Assembly (NCBI GenBank): GCA_002633005.1
Contig: NMRA01000016.1
Location: 347,396-411,395, forward strand
DNA from: Phoronis australis
Lineage: Eukaryota > Animalia > Phoronida
Direction of reading: 5' to 3'
Length of the DNA: 64,000 nt
The notes beneath the pieces are model-generated. The model saw only the letters and a program-made list of their open reading frames with translations, was not told the origin of the DNA and ran no database searches. This document shows, one piece after another, positions 39,601-52,143 of the stretch (its first letter is position 1; every line of letters starts with the position of its first letter). A program made the translations under genes and the position numbers.

Positions 39601-42600
39601 ACTTGATTGATTGATTATAATCATCTCCATTCACATGCTGTGCCTTTGTTTAAATCAGTATGAATGTGATGTATCCTTTGACGCAACAAACCACCAGGAA
39701 TCGCCAACAGCCTTATGTTTTATGCACCCAGCATGGTACGACCGCATTGTCAGAGCTAGCATTTCAGTCTTTATAAACCCCTGCCTTCTGTCGAAAATCT
39801 AACCTTTATGTTATTTAGGCTACCTGCCACAATGAAACTGGTTTCAACTAGTTCTTTATCCAGATGAGAAGTGATTAAAAGGCTATGAAATAACTGACAA
39901 TTGGTTTAATAACGGCACGAATCAATTTTCTGACAAACTTACAGAAAAAAGGCATGGCAACCAGGATTTCTTTGCAAGTTGCAAGCTATTCTTAAAACTT
40001 AACGTAAGTTGGATAGAAGAAATTTTGACTTCAATTTTCTACGAGTTGAGTTTGAAATACTGCCTTGAAAATTTTAGCAATTAAAAGAATTTTGGTAGAT
40101 TTTGAGATGAGTTTTCGTGCCTTTAACAAGTGCAAGTGTTCCCAATGGCTCATGTTGAATCATGAAATTTGAATTGAAAAATAATACCAACATCTAAACA
40201 ATTTACCTTATCTGTGTGAGGGTTTCAGCCTCTATGGCATTGCATGTCACGTGACCATCACTGAGACTAATTTTCAACAAGCGTGGAGCCGTCTGCGAAT
40301 CTTCGTTGTCTTTAGGAGCGGAGATGTTTCGAATCTTCTGTATTTGAAGGACTAGAGGGCCGTCAATCTGTCAAAAATTCATTACAAAAGATTATCTGCA
40401 AGGCTCACTGCTTAGCATAATGCAAACTGGTACAATTTCCAGGTAGACATGTGGGAAATGAAGTTGCCAAAATAAGGAAACATCGCATGCAGGGGAGTGA
40501 ACGTTCCTGCCCCTACAAACGACGCATAGATGACCACAGTCGAAAATGAGAAAACTGACCCAGGGGATATCTGAAGTGAAGAACCCGTAAACTGAGCAAA
40601 GAACTGCAAAAATAAGGAGTATGTCGTGTGCTCGCAACCACCAATTTTCTACTCGGGTCCAATATCCCGCACAGGCTCACTTCCTACCTAAGAAAGAAAC
40701 AGTCAATCAGGACGTGCTGTCTGTGCATGAGTCAGAAACGGGTCGCATGTGGGCGTGGCGACTTTGTAATGACAAGGATATTTTACCATGTCACCACAGT
40801 GCTCGATGTAAATTTTAGTCGAGCAACAAAAAAAGAAAAAGAAAACAATTCCGACAACTTCTGTCAGCTTACTTCCTGTTGTAACTCAAACATGGCAGCA
40901 ACAAATGCATTCAATTCGTGAAAGAAACAGAACAGTTGTGAATCAAAGGCAACAAATCTAGGAACACTATTAGTCAACATGAACCTTGAAACAAATTTAG
41001 TGGCAGTAGCGATCTCGTGACGACTTGGATTTTTTCCCAGGTCACCAAACATAATCTGAGGTTGCACTGGTGACCTGAAGGTTGCCAAATCGAGCACTGC
41101 ACCAAATGAAAAATGTCTGCTGGTCGCCAAATCTAGCTCTGGTCTACCATTTAATCTAACAAACGTATTTTTTACTAAATAAAAACCTCAATAACAAGAA
41201 AAGGGGATAAAGGTGTCACACACTGTAACGTCTCAGGTGCTAAGTACTGTAGCCCAACACATGAATGCCATAATAGAGTGAATGTCAGAAGCTCTTGAAG
41301 ACTAGTAGCAACCTGATAAAATGGAAGCAGATTATCTCCAACCTTATTTAGTGGCCTCTATTCTAACTCGTATATCAATAAACTAAGCTTTGTCAACTAG
41401 TCAGAGTGTATATTTTCTGAGCGAAAAAAGATTAGGGAATATGAAAATACTTTTTGTATAAATGTACCATTGTTGGTTTTACGTAAAAACCTTTTTAAGT
41501 CAAAATTTTATTTTTAAGAAAGGTACATTCATAGCAAAATAACCCCTCGGTCGATTTTAATGAAACTTTTTTTAAATGAAAACTTCACCAGTTACTTCAA
41601 AAACGCTATTAGGAATTTTCGATTGGTCTTTTACTTTGGTGTCTATGACAAATCAACTCACAAAACGTAAGGTATCTTTTAAAAAATGAAAGTCGTAATT
41701 GTCTTTCTTACATTACGCAAAAAATGGGCCTTTACAATGAAAATGCTAACAGCGTTTTTAAGACTGATGACTAAATATTATATTTGGAAAGTTTCAGCGA
41801 AATCCACCAAGCTGTTTTTGAGAACTCGTATTCCTAAGTTCAAATAAATTCGATTTGCTGAAGCCGAGAAAAAGGCGGTTAAACTGGGACAAATGAAAAT
41901 CTCAAAGTCTTCGGTTCATTATTCGGTGAAAGCTTGTTTTCGGTACACATAACCTATACAAGCCTTAAATATGTTCGCTATTTCAACATTCACTCGCAAT
42001 GTCAACTGACTTTGCACTGTGTAATTAACTTATCATTAAAATGTACTGTTCCCAGCTAACTCTTACTGTTATTTGTGACCATTTGACCTACTTTTATATA
42101 AATAGGTCACAGTTCATTGTTATACACATAGCCTGTACACGTCACATGCTGGGAGACTGATACAAACCAAGTAAGAAATGGATAACAAAAATTGAATCAG
42201 TGCTAAAACATGTTGTTAGCATGAGATCGAAACGTTGAAATGTCAATTTATTAATTGAATGAAGGAATTAGGGTGAGGATTTATCTCTTTTCACAATTTG
42301 CTGTGTTCATGACCACAGAGGCCTGAGGCGACCGTAGCATTTATTTTAAACGCCAACGGTCGTAAGCATATAGACGCACAACTCCCTTGGGATCAAAACT
42401 ACAGTTTGTCTTTGTTTTCCTCAGCACCATTTTACCATAAGTACACCGCATTTACTCAATGTTATGGCGATTTTGCTAATGAAAGGACTGAGGATATACG
42501 AAGCTGTTCTGTAACTGGCGAGAGATTTGAATTAATTTAAACCTCTTTAACCTTTGACATCAGATAAGTAGTAAACAAATATCTACACGGTTGTGCGGTT

Positions 42601-45600
42601 CCAATGTGGTTCAGTTAAACCTTTTTTCCTCGCCACGCAGTACATATTTTGTATTTGAAGTTCCCCGAGAATGAAGATAAGGTATTTTACTAGACAAACG
42701 TGAAATATTGTAAAAATGGCCATTTTTTTAATAAGGTTGGAGATAACCTTATATGTATTTTGATCCGCTTTCATAACAAGAATAGAAGAAAGTACAATAT
42801 GCATATACGATAATGTTCTCATGCAAAAACGCCAACGAACTTTTCCCTTTATCGTTTACTTTTAGTGCCCCATCATAAGCAATAAACAAACATCGTTCTT
42901 AGCACTTTCACTTGTATCTTGAAAATAAACGAACTTACCGATTCCAGTTTCCCTTTGTTGATATCTTCAGGAAGACACTTCTTGCCAATGATCTTCAAGT
43001 CAAACTAAACGATAAAAAATGATAAATTTAATTTCAACTTACCAGATACAGTGTTCTCTACGCTCAAAACTCAAACAGGTCGCATTTACAACCACTTTGA
43101 AAATTTAGACTGTGTGCAGCGCGTGCATATAATTGCAAACACACACAAACAATACCTTTTTGTTAAAAATAAAATAAAAATTATCCAGTGGCATACTATT
43201 TAAACAGGTTACGAGCAAAATCAAATAGGTTGCGGCAAACTGTTAAAACAGTTTATGGAGAACACCAACATACTAAATGAAACAAAGTACTGCAACGAGG
43301 CATGCATGAAAGTACGATAAAAAATCTTCAACTAGGAACAAAAATAATCGCTAAAATTGCTACGTTTCCAATTTTCAGAGGCTTAACTAATTGTTATATT
43401 GCTTAAAATTTTACCAAATGCTGTCTGGTAATAGCTTTGTCACAGAAAGCATGCCGAAAGCAACTTGAATTTTCGTGAAAGCCATTTTTGTTAAGAAATT
43501 TGATAAAATGAAATTTCACCTGCAAGCTACATTGTGTTCGAAATTGAAGAATTTGTACCGCAAGCCCCATGACACACGCAGTTCCTTGCCAATAGTTATC
43601 AGGTAAAATGGTCCCCAATTCCCAGTCATGACAGCTGCATGAATGTGTAACGCATCATGTTAATTGAAGCTGACTGACATGATTACGAAGCACAGCAATT
43701 TACTGCAACATTAACGATGTGAGAACTCTCTACAGTAATTGCATTTTTGATGAAATGACACGCTATTGTCATACATTTGCGAAGAAAGCAGAATTGGTTG
43801 TCATGGCGAGGAAATGGTATTTTGTGTACGTAACTGTATGGTCACTAGGTTAGAAAATGTCACTTCTAAGCTTCCAGTAACATAAAGAATTCACAGGCAC
43901 TACATAGAGTTAAGGAAAAAATACAACAAAATATTAAGCGACATACAATTTAACTAAGAGAGTACATTTGGACGTATATAAAACTCGCATTTATAATTTT
44001 ATATAGATAAGTAAAAACAGACACATTCTGACTATGGGCTGTTGCAATACCATTTGTATGGGATGGGAAGGCACTTGAAATAAAAAATTGGTTGGCTGTC
44101 CTCCGAGTAAAAAAAATTTACCAGTTGTTCCTCTTGTAAAATATTACTGCGTGTTGCTTTTTCATTCATACGTTTTATGTAGTGGATGGTCCATGAACAA
44201 AGTACATACAAATCAAACTATCCATGCATCATCTACCATAAACTCTTCCTACGCTACAATTAATTTCTCAACTGGTGACTCGCAAATTCTTAATCGTAGC
44301 ACGCCCAAAACAGTAAACAAAAACAATATTTTACCCTTCCCTTAATTTTGAAAAGCTGGCATTTTTACTTTCTACTCATTCAAAACCACGGCTATAATGA
44401 GCCACATTACACAGCACAACATGCAGACAATTCATACGCCCAAAACAAAACCAGCAAAAAAGTGCACAGCTTGAGAAGCCGAAACACCACCACAAACAAT
44501 TTTTTTATTTTTCTATTCATTTCATACATTGGCCTTGTATTTCCAGCCATTCTAATTGTTTAGCTCACCCCCCGCCTATTGAAAATTATTATCTTTTAAT
44601 AATTTTGTGCGAATATGAAGAGTGGTCACTGTAGCTTCTAAGGTTTGGATACTGAAGAGCGAAGATTACAACAGTGTCTGAACGCTTCACAAAGTTGCCA
44701 CACAAAAGGCTTGTGCAATTCCTATCTTAATGATCTAAATGAAACTGTAGTAGACAGCAATTTCTGAACACAGAAGTGGGCCATTTGTCTGAAGAAATAA
44801 CATTAACTGAACACCAGCATTTCTGAATCATTCTGTATCATCAATCTATGTAGTATGATACTGTTCATATTCACACCACAAAGTAACACTATTACATTAC
44901 TGATGCCAGATCTGACTGCCACCTATTGGAGAAACTGTTAAGTGCAAATGGAACAACATGTTCAAACACAGCATGTTAACTGAAATAAACATTGAATAGT
45001 GAGGGACTGATTTTGTTCATTTTAGCTTTTGGTTGACAGTACCAGTTGAACTAGTGCAATTCACTAATAATAATAACGATAACATCAACTTAAGAGAAGT
45101 CCTTTCGCATTTCATAAAATAACTTTTTAACTCCTGAACATTTTCCTGAATCTTCTATGACAGGCAAATCATAATCCAAGTATTTAAGCATTTCAGATTT
45201 TTTCCAGTGGTGGAACTAAGAATTGGTTTGACCTCTTTTCCAGATGCAGCATGCATTTAATGCAAGATCCTCAGTTATTCAGGACCTTTACTGCGAAGAC
45301 CCAGAGGCCAATTTTATCAAAGGTTGTCAGTCAGATAGAAGCACGGTTATTACTATGAATTTGCACACAGTTCGCTGACATAACTCGGCAAAGTGGTGGT
45401 TGAAGTACAAATCTCATGGTTTTTGAGGTTTTGAGAAGTAAATATCTCACAGTATCGGAATTAACATATATTACATTTTGACTATTCAGTGCAATCCGAA
45501 TAATTTGACAGCAGCTTCTCTTGATAACAGATTTCATTAAATGCACGAAAGTGTTATGGGTTGACAATTTTCGTACATACTTGAGTATGTACAAAAATTG

Positions 45601-48600
45601 TCAACCGACAACACTGTTGTGTGTTCAATGAATTCATTACTTATTGTAATTTGAATTTTCGCAATGCCCGATGTGCATGTAACAGATGCGAACCCCCCGT
45701 CTAATGACAAGAGTCTCACTTCTCCCAATCAAGCACGTGACTATATCCTACTGTGCTTATTCATGTTACCAGGATTTTCCACAGATAAGCCCACCCAATG
45801 AAATGACCATGGGCATTTATTCGGCAAATTATACCAATTAAATCCTATGGGCGTTTTATTTGGTATTACAACTTCTGGTGTCACGTGCCCAGAAAGTGGG
45901 ACTTTTAATCAGAAAATTTCCACTTAAAAGTCTACTCAGTGTCAACTTTTAGCCACAAATTCAGTTTTGTGGAGCATTTATCGTTTATAAAACCAACAAA
46001 GTGATAGTGAACTATGCATTTATTAACTTAAAATTAAAAAAGCAGTTTTATGCAAAACAAGAGCAACGCGGAGCGTTGAAATGCGCCCACAATTGCACCG
46101 CATACGGTATCCTTCTAGGGTTGTTTGTTGGTACCATAAAGNATTTTTGGCTGCAGAGCCGTAGTATTTGTCACCGCGGTTTACAATAACACGAGACGCC
46201 ATTGGAAATCCCACCACGCTATCCCAGATGCCCCGGCAATGTTGACAATTTACGTTCCTCCGAAACATAAAGAGCAACTTCCGCTTTTCGAGGTGAACGT
46301 CGTCTGCAACGCCACGGTAAGAAAGGAATTTGCCGCGGAAATTTTACATCAAATCCGATTTTTTTTACGCGGAAATATAATAAAATGCGCGGACAGAACA
46401 TTTGAAAAAAGCGGAAATCCGTGTTTCCACAGAAAATTCCAAGCCCTGGCTTATCTACGGAAAATCCCGGTAGGAATTAGAATGCCAGGCAATGCAATGC
46501 TTAAGATTTGCACTTTTAAGTTTGATCATGAAATATCTGATGGAGGGTTCATTCAGGTCTTCATAAGAAAACAAAGTTGCTGAAAGCCCCCATATTCCAG
46601 TTACGACAATACGTAAGAAAGCCTACATCAAGAGCTGCCTTTACGGTCTCCTGTACACCTCGCTTCCCATAATCTGTACATTCCTCCAGACCCACGTCTG
46701 ACAAGTGCCTACAACGGAAACAAACACAATCAACATTTTTACAAGTAAACATATGTACAAAAATCCACCTTCCCACAGCCAGCATGTGAGTCAAACATCC
46801 AAACCAATCAGCCAAACAGCAAGTGCCCTCTAGCAAGCAATTTAGAGAGGTCTTTACTCAACTCTACGTCACACCCAGAACTGGAAATTCACAACACATA
46901 TCATTGCTTTCCACAACTGAATATTCAAAAACACCAGGGGCCTATTCTAAGAAAACTGACTTAGCATAGACAAATTTTAAATTTTAGTCAAATTTAGGAT
47001 AAAACTTGAATTTGTCTCAAGTCCATATCAAGACAGACATCTTAAGTTTGACTCAAGCTTTGACTTAACTTTAATTGCGTTACCCAATGTGGAAGCTTCT
47101 AAGTTCGGAAGTTGAGACAAATCTTAGTAAAAAAATGGTCTTAAGTCGATTTCTTGGAACGGGCCCCATGTCTACACTGTGGTGAGTTTGTGTGTGAAGT
47201 CATGAAATAAATGGATTGAACTGGTTTCAAAAGTCCACAGTGTCGTAATTTACATAAGAAATGACTAATCTCTGAATGCACCAAACTCCATACATTGGTT
47301 TTCAAACTCGGCACAACTAAGTCACTGCGAAATTCGACACAGTAATGAGTCGAAATAGGTTGTGGAGAAAACTCCCTTCTAAATGGCACCATCTCGAAAC
47401 ATAAAAAAGCTCGTTTTTATCACTGGTGTTTTTGTCACTGGTGTTTATGTCCGTTCTTTGAAACAAATTTAAGAAGTAAAAGGTACCTCATCAGATACTG
47501 CTTTCCAGTGTTCATTCTCAACATGCATCTTACACCATTCCAACACATTAAAATTCCTGGTGGTACACTATAATGACTATGCATTGCACAACCACCTCAT
47601 AGGTTCCAGACTCTAGGAGTAAATTGACACACAGCAGTGCTTTTCTAAAATAAACCTTGCGTCCACACAGCCCCTTACAAACAGGGGTAAATGCTGGATC
47701 TAAGACCTTAGGCCACTGACACTACTGTCAAAATAGGTTCATTGACACTTAAATGTAAAGCTTCAGTGCACATGTCTCAGTTATTAGAGGAGAAACTAAC
47801 TTTCCTACACACAACACAGGAGTTCAAAAAGAAGGAACTGATGGTTGAACTGAAGGAGCATGCCACCAAAAATGATATATTTGCATCAATTGACCTATCG
47901 CAAGCTCCGCCCCCTTGCGTAATGTCGACTAACTAACAACAAGTTTTACCCGGCAACGTGTTGTTTGTCGGGTAAAATGACGGCTTGGAAACGAAGGTGT
48001 GCCAATAATGCTGCGTTCTAAATGGACAGTTAAGCCGTCACTCAAAATCCTGGCGATAGGTCAATTTAGATCAACCAGTTCTGCTCCATAACGACACATT
48101 CAATTGTTTAACCCGATACCAGACTACATGCAGAGATAATAAAACTAGCCTGTAATGTCATCGGATCTAAACAGCCTGTTGTGCCGTGCACCGACTCGGC
48201 ATTTATCGGTGTAAGATTATCGAAAGATCTTGAACTGACGAACACAAGTTTGAATAAAGACAACAACTTTTCTAAAATGTAGCGACACGTTTCGGCGGTA
48301 AAACATCCACTATTGCCAAGGTTTATTCAGAGAATGGATGCCAAACTATAAGATTATCGTGCGACTTAATAATTTTACTACCAATAAAACATTAAGTATC
48401 AATGCAAAACCCTTATCGATGCATTGAACTTTCAAATAAAAGGGCAGTTTCATTTCATAGTTATTGATTTATAAACGTGGCTTAGGCTCGGTACCCAGCA
48501 AACTTCCTGTTTGGACCTTTTCGGTGATAAATTTAATTGATTCTTGCGTGAAATAAAGAAAGGTCACCAGGTACAGTGCACAGTAAATAACACTTGCCAA

Positions 48601-51521
48601 TAATACAGTTCTATACAAACGAAACGCTCGTTATAGAGCACGGACTTGGGCGCCGGTCACACTGGCGGGTTAACGGTGGCGAGCATAGCGTACCAGGTCA
48701 GCCGGACCTGATGAACGCTAAAAAATTCTGAACACATTTGCAGTCACAAGCGCTCCAAATAATTACAAAATTGTTTACAAAGTAACCAGACTTTGATACA
48801 CTGTTTGAGCTTGTTAGGATAAGAGTATTTCACATTATTTGAGTGTATGCACTAGAGTTAGCATGGCCGCGAGCTAGATGTTGATGAACTCTCACTCGAG
48901 TATTTTGAAGGCGGATCTTTAGGAGTCTCAAGCTACCGGTTTGAGCCAGAGTTTACATAGTAGGAAGTATTGGAGAGGCGCCGCGAATGCAAGCGAGACA
49001 CACGGCAAATGGAAAAGATGGACCCTCTGACCAATTCGACAACTTGCCATGCGCAAACTGTAGTCTTGGGAAATTCCTAAACTTGTGTTTGCTACTACGA
49101 AATTCCTGATTTTGCGCATCATCTAAATAAAAGGGTGCCTACATTTTCCAGGCTTGCGAACAAGAACTGGAAAAAAATACAGGTCCAAACAGAAGTCTAA
49201 CCAACGAGTAAGTCACTAAATAGCTGAACTTATGTTTTCATGACAAGGACCACAACTGATCACCTAAAAACCCCGCAATACATTGAACTGCACAATGCCT
49301 GACCATGGTCAACTTGCATTTCAATAGCAAGCCACGCCAAATGATTGGATTTCGCAAGCTATTATTTAACTTGCGAGATCCATGCGACGGCGTAAGCGCG
49401 TTGCATGGTTATCGCCTATGGGACGCTACCATTGCTTTCCTTTGTTGCGTCTTTGTTGAATATAACAATACAGGTGGCACGGATATCGTACCTTAGGCGC
49501 CCACGAGACAGTTACTGATATATGCTTACCATTATGTTAACTATCAGACAGAAAAACAAAGTGAACAATACATATGCCTTTCGAAGGATATCNTTACAAA
49601 GTAACCAGACTTTGATACACTGTTTGAGCTTGTTAGGATAAGAGTATTTCACATTATTTGAGTGTATGCACTAGAGTTAGCATGGCCGCGAGCTAGATGT
49701 TGATGAACTCTCACTCGAGTATTTTGAAGGCGGATCTTTAGGAGTCTCAAGCTACCGGTTTGAGCCAGAGTTTACATAGTAGGAAGTATTGGAGAGGCGC
49801 CGCGAATGCAAGCAAGACACACGGCAAATGGAAAAGATGGACCCTCTGACCAATTCGACAACTTGCCATGCGCAAACAGTAGTCTTGGGAAATTCCTAAG
49901 CTTGTGTTTGCTACTACGAAATTCCTGATTTTGCGCATCGTCTAAATAACAGGGTGCCTACATTTTCCAGGCTTGCGAACAAGAACTGGAAAAAAATAGA
50001 GGTCCAAACAGAAGTCTAACCAACGAGTAAGTCACCAAATAGCTGAACTTTCATGGCAAGGACCACAATTGATCACCTAAAAACCCCGCAATACATTGAA
50101 CTGCACAATGCCTGACCGTGGTCAACTTGCATTTCAATAGCAACCCACGCCAAATGATTGAATTTCGCAAGCTATTATTTAACTTGCGAGATCCATGCGA
50201 CGGCGTAAGCGCGTTGCATGGTTATCGCCTATGGGACGCTACCATTGTTTTCCTTTGTTGCATCTTTGTTGAATATAACAATACATGTGGCACGGATATC
50301 GTACCTTAGGCGCCCACGAGACAGTTACTGATATATGCTTACCATTATGTTTACTACCAGACAGAAAAACAAAGTGAACAATACATATGCCTTTCGAAGG
50401 ATATCTATATAAGGAGCTTACGCCCTAGTTTCCCGTGGGCAGTGCCAAACAGTGCATTGCGTTTTCCTCTGATCGCAGACACCTTTCTTGATGAACCAAA
50501 AATGACGTCATAGACAAGCTCATCAATACCACTACTACAAAACGAGACTTTGAGAACCAGGAAATCAATGTTATTCAGTGAATGAAACTGGTTCTCTGAA
50601 TCGGTGGCCACTATATTCGAACAATGTCTTCGTCATCATTAGGGGTGCCAAACCAAGGTGAGACCCACGAGACCCTAAGATGAAGTAAAGCATCCCAGTG
50701 GCAGATGGAGAGGGTGCTCGCCTGGTGGAGGTGTACTGCACGAAACACAAGGAGAGTATCGCAGCAAGCAAATTCCAGCAATCCAGGACACTTTTTCTGG
50801 ATGAGTCATGTACAAGTGCTGCAGGAAACCAGTTTCCACTGAATAACGGCAATGAGCGTTGTTCAGTGAAAACTGGTTCCAAGCACACATTTTGAAGAGG
50901 GACCATCTATTCGACTTTTTAACCGAGATCCGAACCCAGCAGCAGACGCGCCTGTTCTGCCAAGGGGGGATTGTGGCATCGAATGATTTCCCTGTGTTGT
51001 GCTAGAAAAGTCTCCCAAAATCACTTGCTAACAGGCAATCGCTTGTTGGATGATTGGTCTAGACACTAGACAATGGTTCAAGGGGGTTGCTGGTTCCTGC
51101 TGACCCAAGAAAAAGTAGATGACTGACAGTTGACTACATGAGCAAATGAGTGATGTGTTTGATGCAATTTAAAATCACAATTCTGATATAAAGTAGAATT
51201 GAATGATGCCATAAACTTTCGACACCTTTGTTTCGCGGAAATAAATACAATGCGCTTATAGGCCTACTTCAAATGCTCAACGACAACAGGGTTGAACACT
51301 ATTTGTGGTGGGTCAGCTGCTCGTGTCATTTCAGACATGGCATAAAAAAACAAAATACAAATTATTTCGATTAGATAATCCCTCAAAAGCGCATGGGATT
51401 GGTTCGAAATTAAAGGTTGTTAGCATCACAACCATCGTTAAACTTTCAAATGTCTTAGTTTTGGGGTCAACCCAAATTCTTACCATCCACGCTGCACCAA
51501 CTCCGCAACAGTGTCAGCCAT
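30604..51521 (-). CDS. TDRD3: Tudor domain-containing protein 3 (OB-fold, UBA, RGG/Q/P-rich region, Tudor, C-terminal EJC-binding-like motif), ~847 aa. Exons 51521-51484, 46708-46627, 43004-42939, 40367-40207, 39565-39424, 38639-38528, 37520-37384, 36934-36783, 36374-36313, 35825-35724, 34637-33562, 32571-32500, 31975-31841, 30810-30604.
   Basis: Phase-consistent GT-AG exons sum to 2544 nt: MADTVAELVQRGW|HLSDVGLEEC...AALD|FDLKIIGKKCLPEDINKGK|IDGPLVLQIQKIRNISAPKDNEDSQTAPRLLKISLSDGH|SMDTPPGKKVLL...VLGGHVEKMVESWQLKR|GPPPFIPFGQ|DDEFEQQRQATIAE. UBA: KIVEMGFSPEQAVSALKQSGNNVEEAINTLL. Also SLFDFLE. Tudor: WKQGDYCLARYWEDNQ|FYKAVI...VQFVDYGNTEEV. Terminus: MEFTRGG...RPSQLYQP. Confidence 0.95.
31841..32571 (-). 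CDS. TDRD3: TDRD3 Tudor domain exons (32571-32500 and 31975-31841)
   Basis: PTGHNSQQWKQGDYCLARYWEDNQ|FYKAVIHNIYINGNGVCVALVQFVDYGNTEEVAIEDVKPI; the aromatic-cage pattern Y-W..FY..F.DYGN is intact. Confidence 0.92.
33209..33447 (-). mobile_element. ~240-bp MITE family with CAGGGCTTGGAA-type TIR, copy 1 (others at 39150-39397, 58824-59070, 61281-61526)
   Basis: Shared core AAATAAATAGGCTTGTGTGATA...GAGGAAATCGAAA...AAATTCCAAGC.CTG; flanks AAAGCT/TAAGCT. Confidence 0.75.
33562..34637 (-). CDS. TDRD3: TDRD3 large low-complexity exon (RG/N/Q/P/Y-rich)
   Basis: Corresponds to ORF 33496-34782; acceptor tttttcag at 34638, donor CCG|gtaagt at 33561. Confidence 0.9.
37730..37907 (+). mobile_element. ~177-bp MITE with TGACCTATC/GATAGGTCA termini; second copy at 47889-48065
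   Basis: The two copies align end to end (AAGCTCCGCCCCCTTGCG...CTTGGAAACGAAGGT...CCGTCACTCAAAAT). Confidence 0.75.
39150..39397 (-). mobile_element. ~240-bp MITE family, copy 2, with 6-bp target duplication CTAAGT
   Basis: gcCTAAGT|CAGGGCTTG...TCCAAGCTCTG|CTAAGTga. Confidence 0.8.
40797..41099 (-). mobile_element. MITE with CAGTGCTCGA TIR and 5-bp target duplication CACCA
   Basis: tCACCA|CAGTGCTCGAT...ATCGAGCACTG|CACCAa; same family as 8832-9202. Confidence 0.75.
41500..41968. mobile_element. Degenerate fold-back DNA element ending in CCTTAA (possibly Kolobok-like); left boundary uncertain
   Basis: Internal inverted segments GATTT..TGAAACTTT / AAAGTTTCA..AAATC and AAAAACGCT.TTAG / CTAACAGCGTTTTT. 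Confidence 0.4.
46937..47167. mobile_element. PIF/Harbinger-like MITE
   Basis: TIR GGGGCCTATTCTAAGAAA..GACTTA / TAAGTCGATTTCTTGGAACGGGCCCC. Confidence 0.6.
47889..48065 (+). mobile_element. Second copy of the ~177-bp TGACCTATC MITE
   Basis: ATTGACCTATCG...CGATAGGTCAAT; aligns with 37730-37907. Confidence 0.75.
48775..50405. repeat. Near-identical ~815-bp tandem duplication (48775-49592 and 49594-50405) joined at a single N
   Basis: Duplicated ORFs in the track; scattered SNPs and a small indel; junction is the N at 49593. Confidence 0.9.
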
Positions 51522-52143
51522 ATCGAATGAAATAACCCATGTGCTGAAAACAAACTTCCTATTGGCTAAGAAAAATATTTTCACCCAAATGGGTTTTTTA
51601 TTTCTGCAACATTGCATTGAAACGTCTTTTTGTTTTACGACCATTGTGACTATAAGTGGACAAATAAAGTATAAAAATACATTTAGATGAATAATGATGA
51701 TACTGATATCTGACAATAAATAAATTACGAATAGTAAAATAACCTTTTTTGATTAGTTATTATTGACCCACTTCCAGACGAGTGCGATTTGTAAACGATG
51801 TTGTGATTGGTTGGCGAAAACATTCACAGGTCTTTGGCGATGGATTCACAGTTGGGTGTGCTTTTTAAGAATACAAATTTCAAGACTTTTTCTCTCCTTA
51901 GCATGTTCTTGCAATTGGATTAATTATTAACTCGACTTTTGAAAAGAAGAAAATCACGACGTTAATCTTCTGTTTGACTTGTTAGCCTCATACAAAGAGT
52001 TAGGACGTCAGCTACTTCCCCGTTGATTTGTTGACTTGACGAAAAAGGCGGAGTTCGTAAGCAGGGACAAGATCTCGCAAACTGTGCCGACCGTTGTTGC
52101 GGTTAATTTCTGGTCGTCCATGGGAGTTCAGTAGGTGACTAAA
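51522..52143. promoter_or_regulatory. Candidate bidirectional promoter and 5' UTRs of TDRD3 and DIAPH
   Basis: 622 bp between divergent ATGs; inverted CCAAT boxes (ATTGG) at 51561, 51806 and 51914; CRE-like GACGTCA near 52003; local CpG enrichment. Confidence 0.6.

Noticed and set aside
39671-39680. GTATCCTTT U12-type donor motif
   Set aside because: On the plus strand, antisense to TDRD3, with no associated exon.
48775-50405. LTR pair, CRISPR-like array or functional gene duplication
   Set aside because: Copies abut at an N with no internal coding region, no TG..CA ends and no TSD; no spacer-repeat structure; eukaryotic context.
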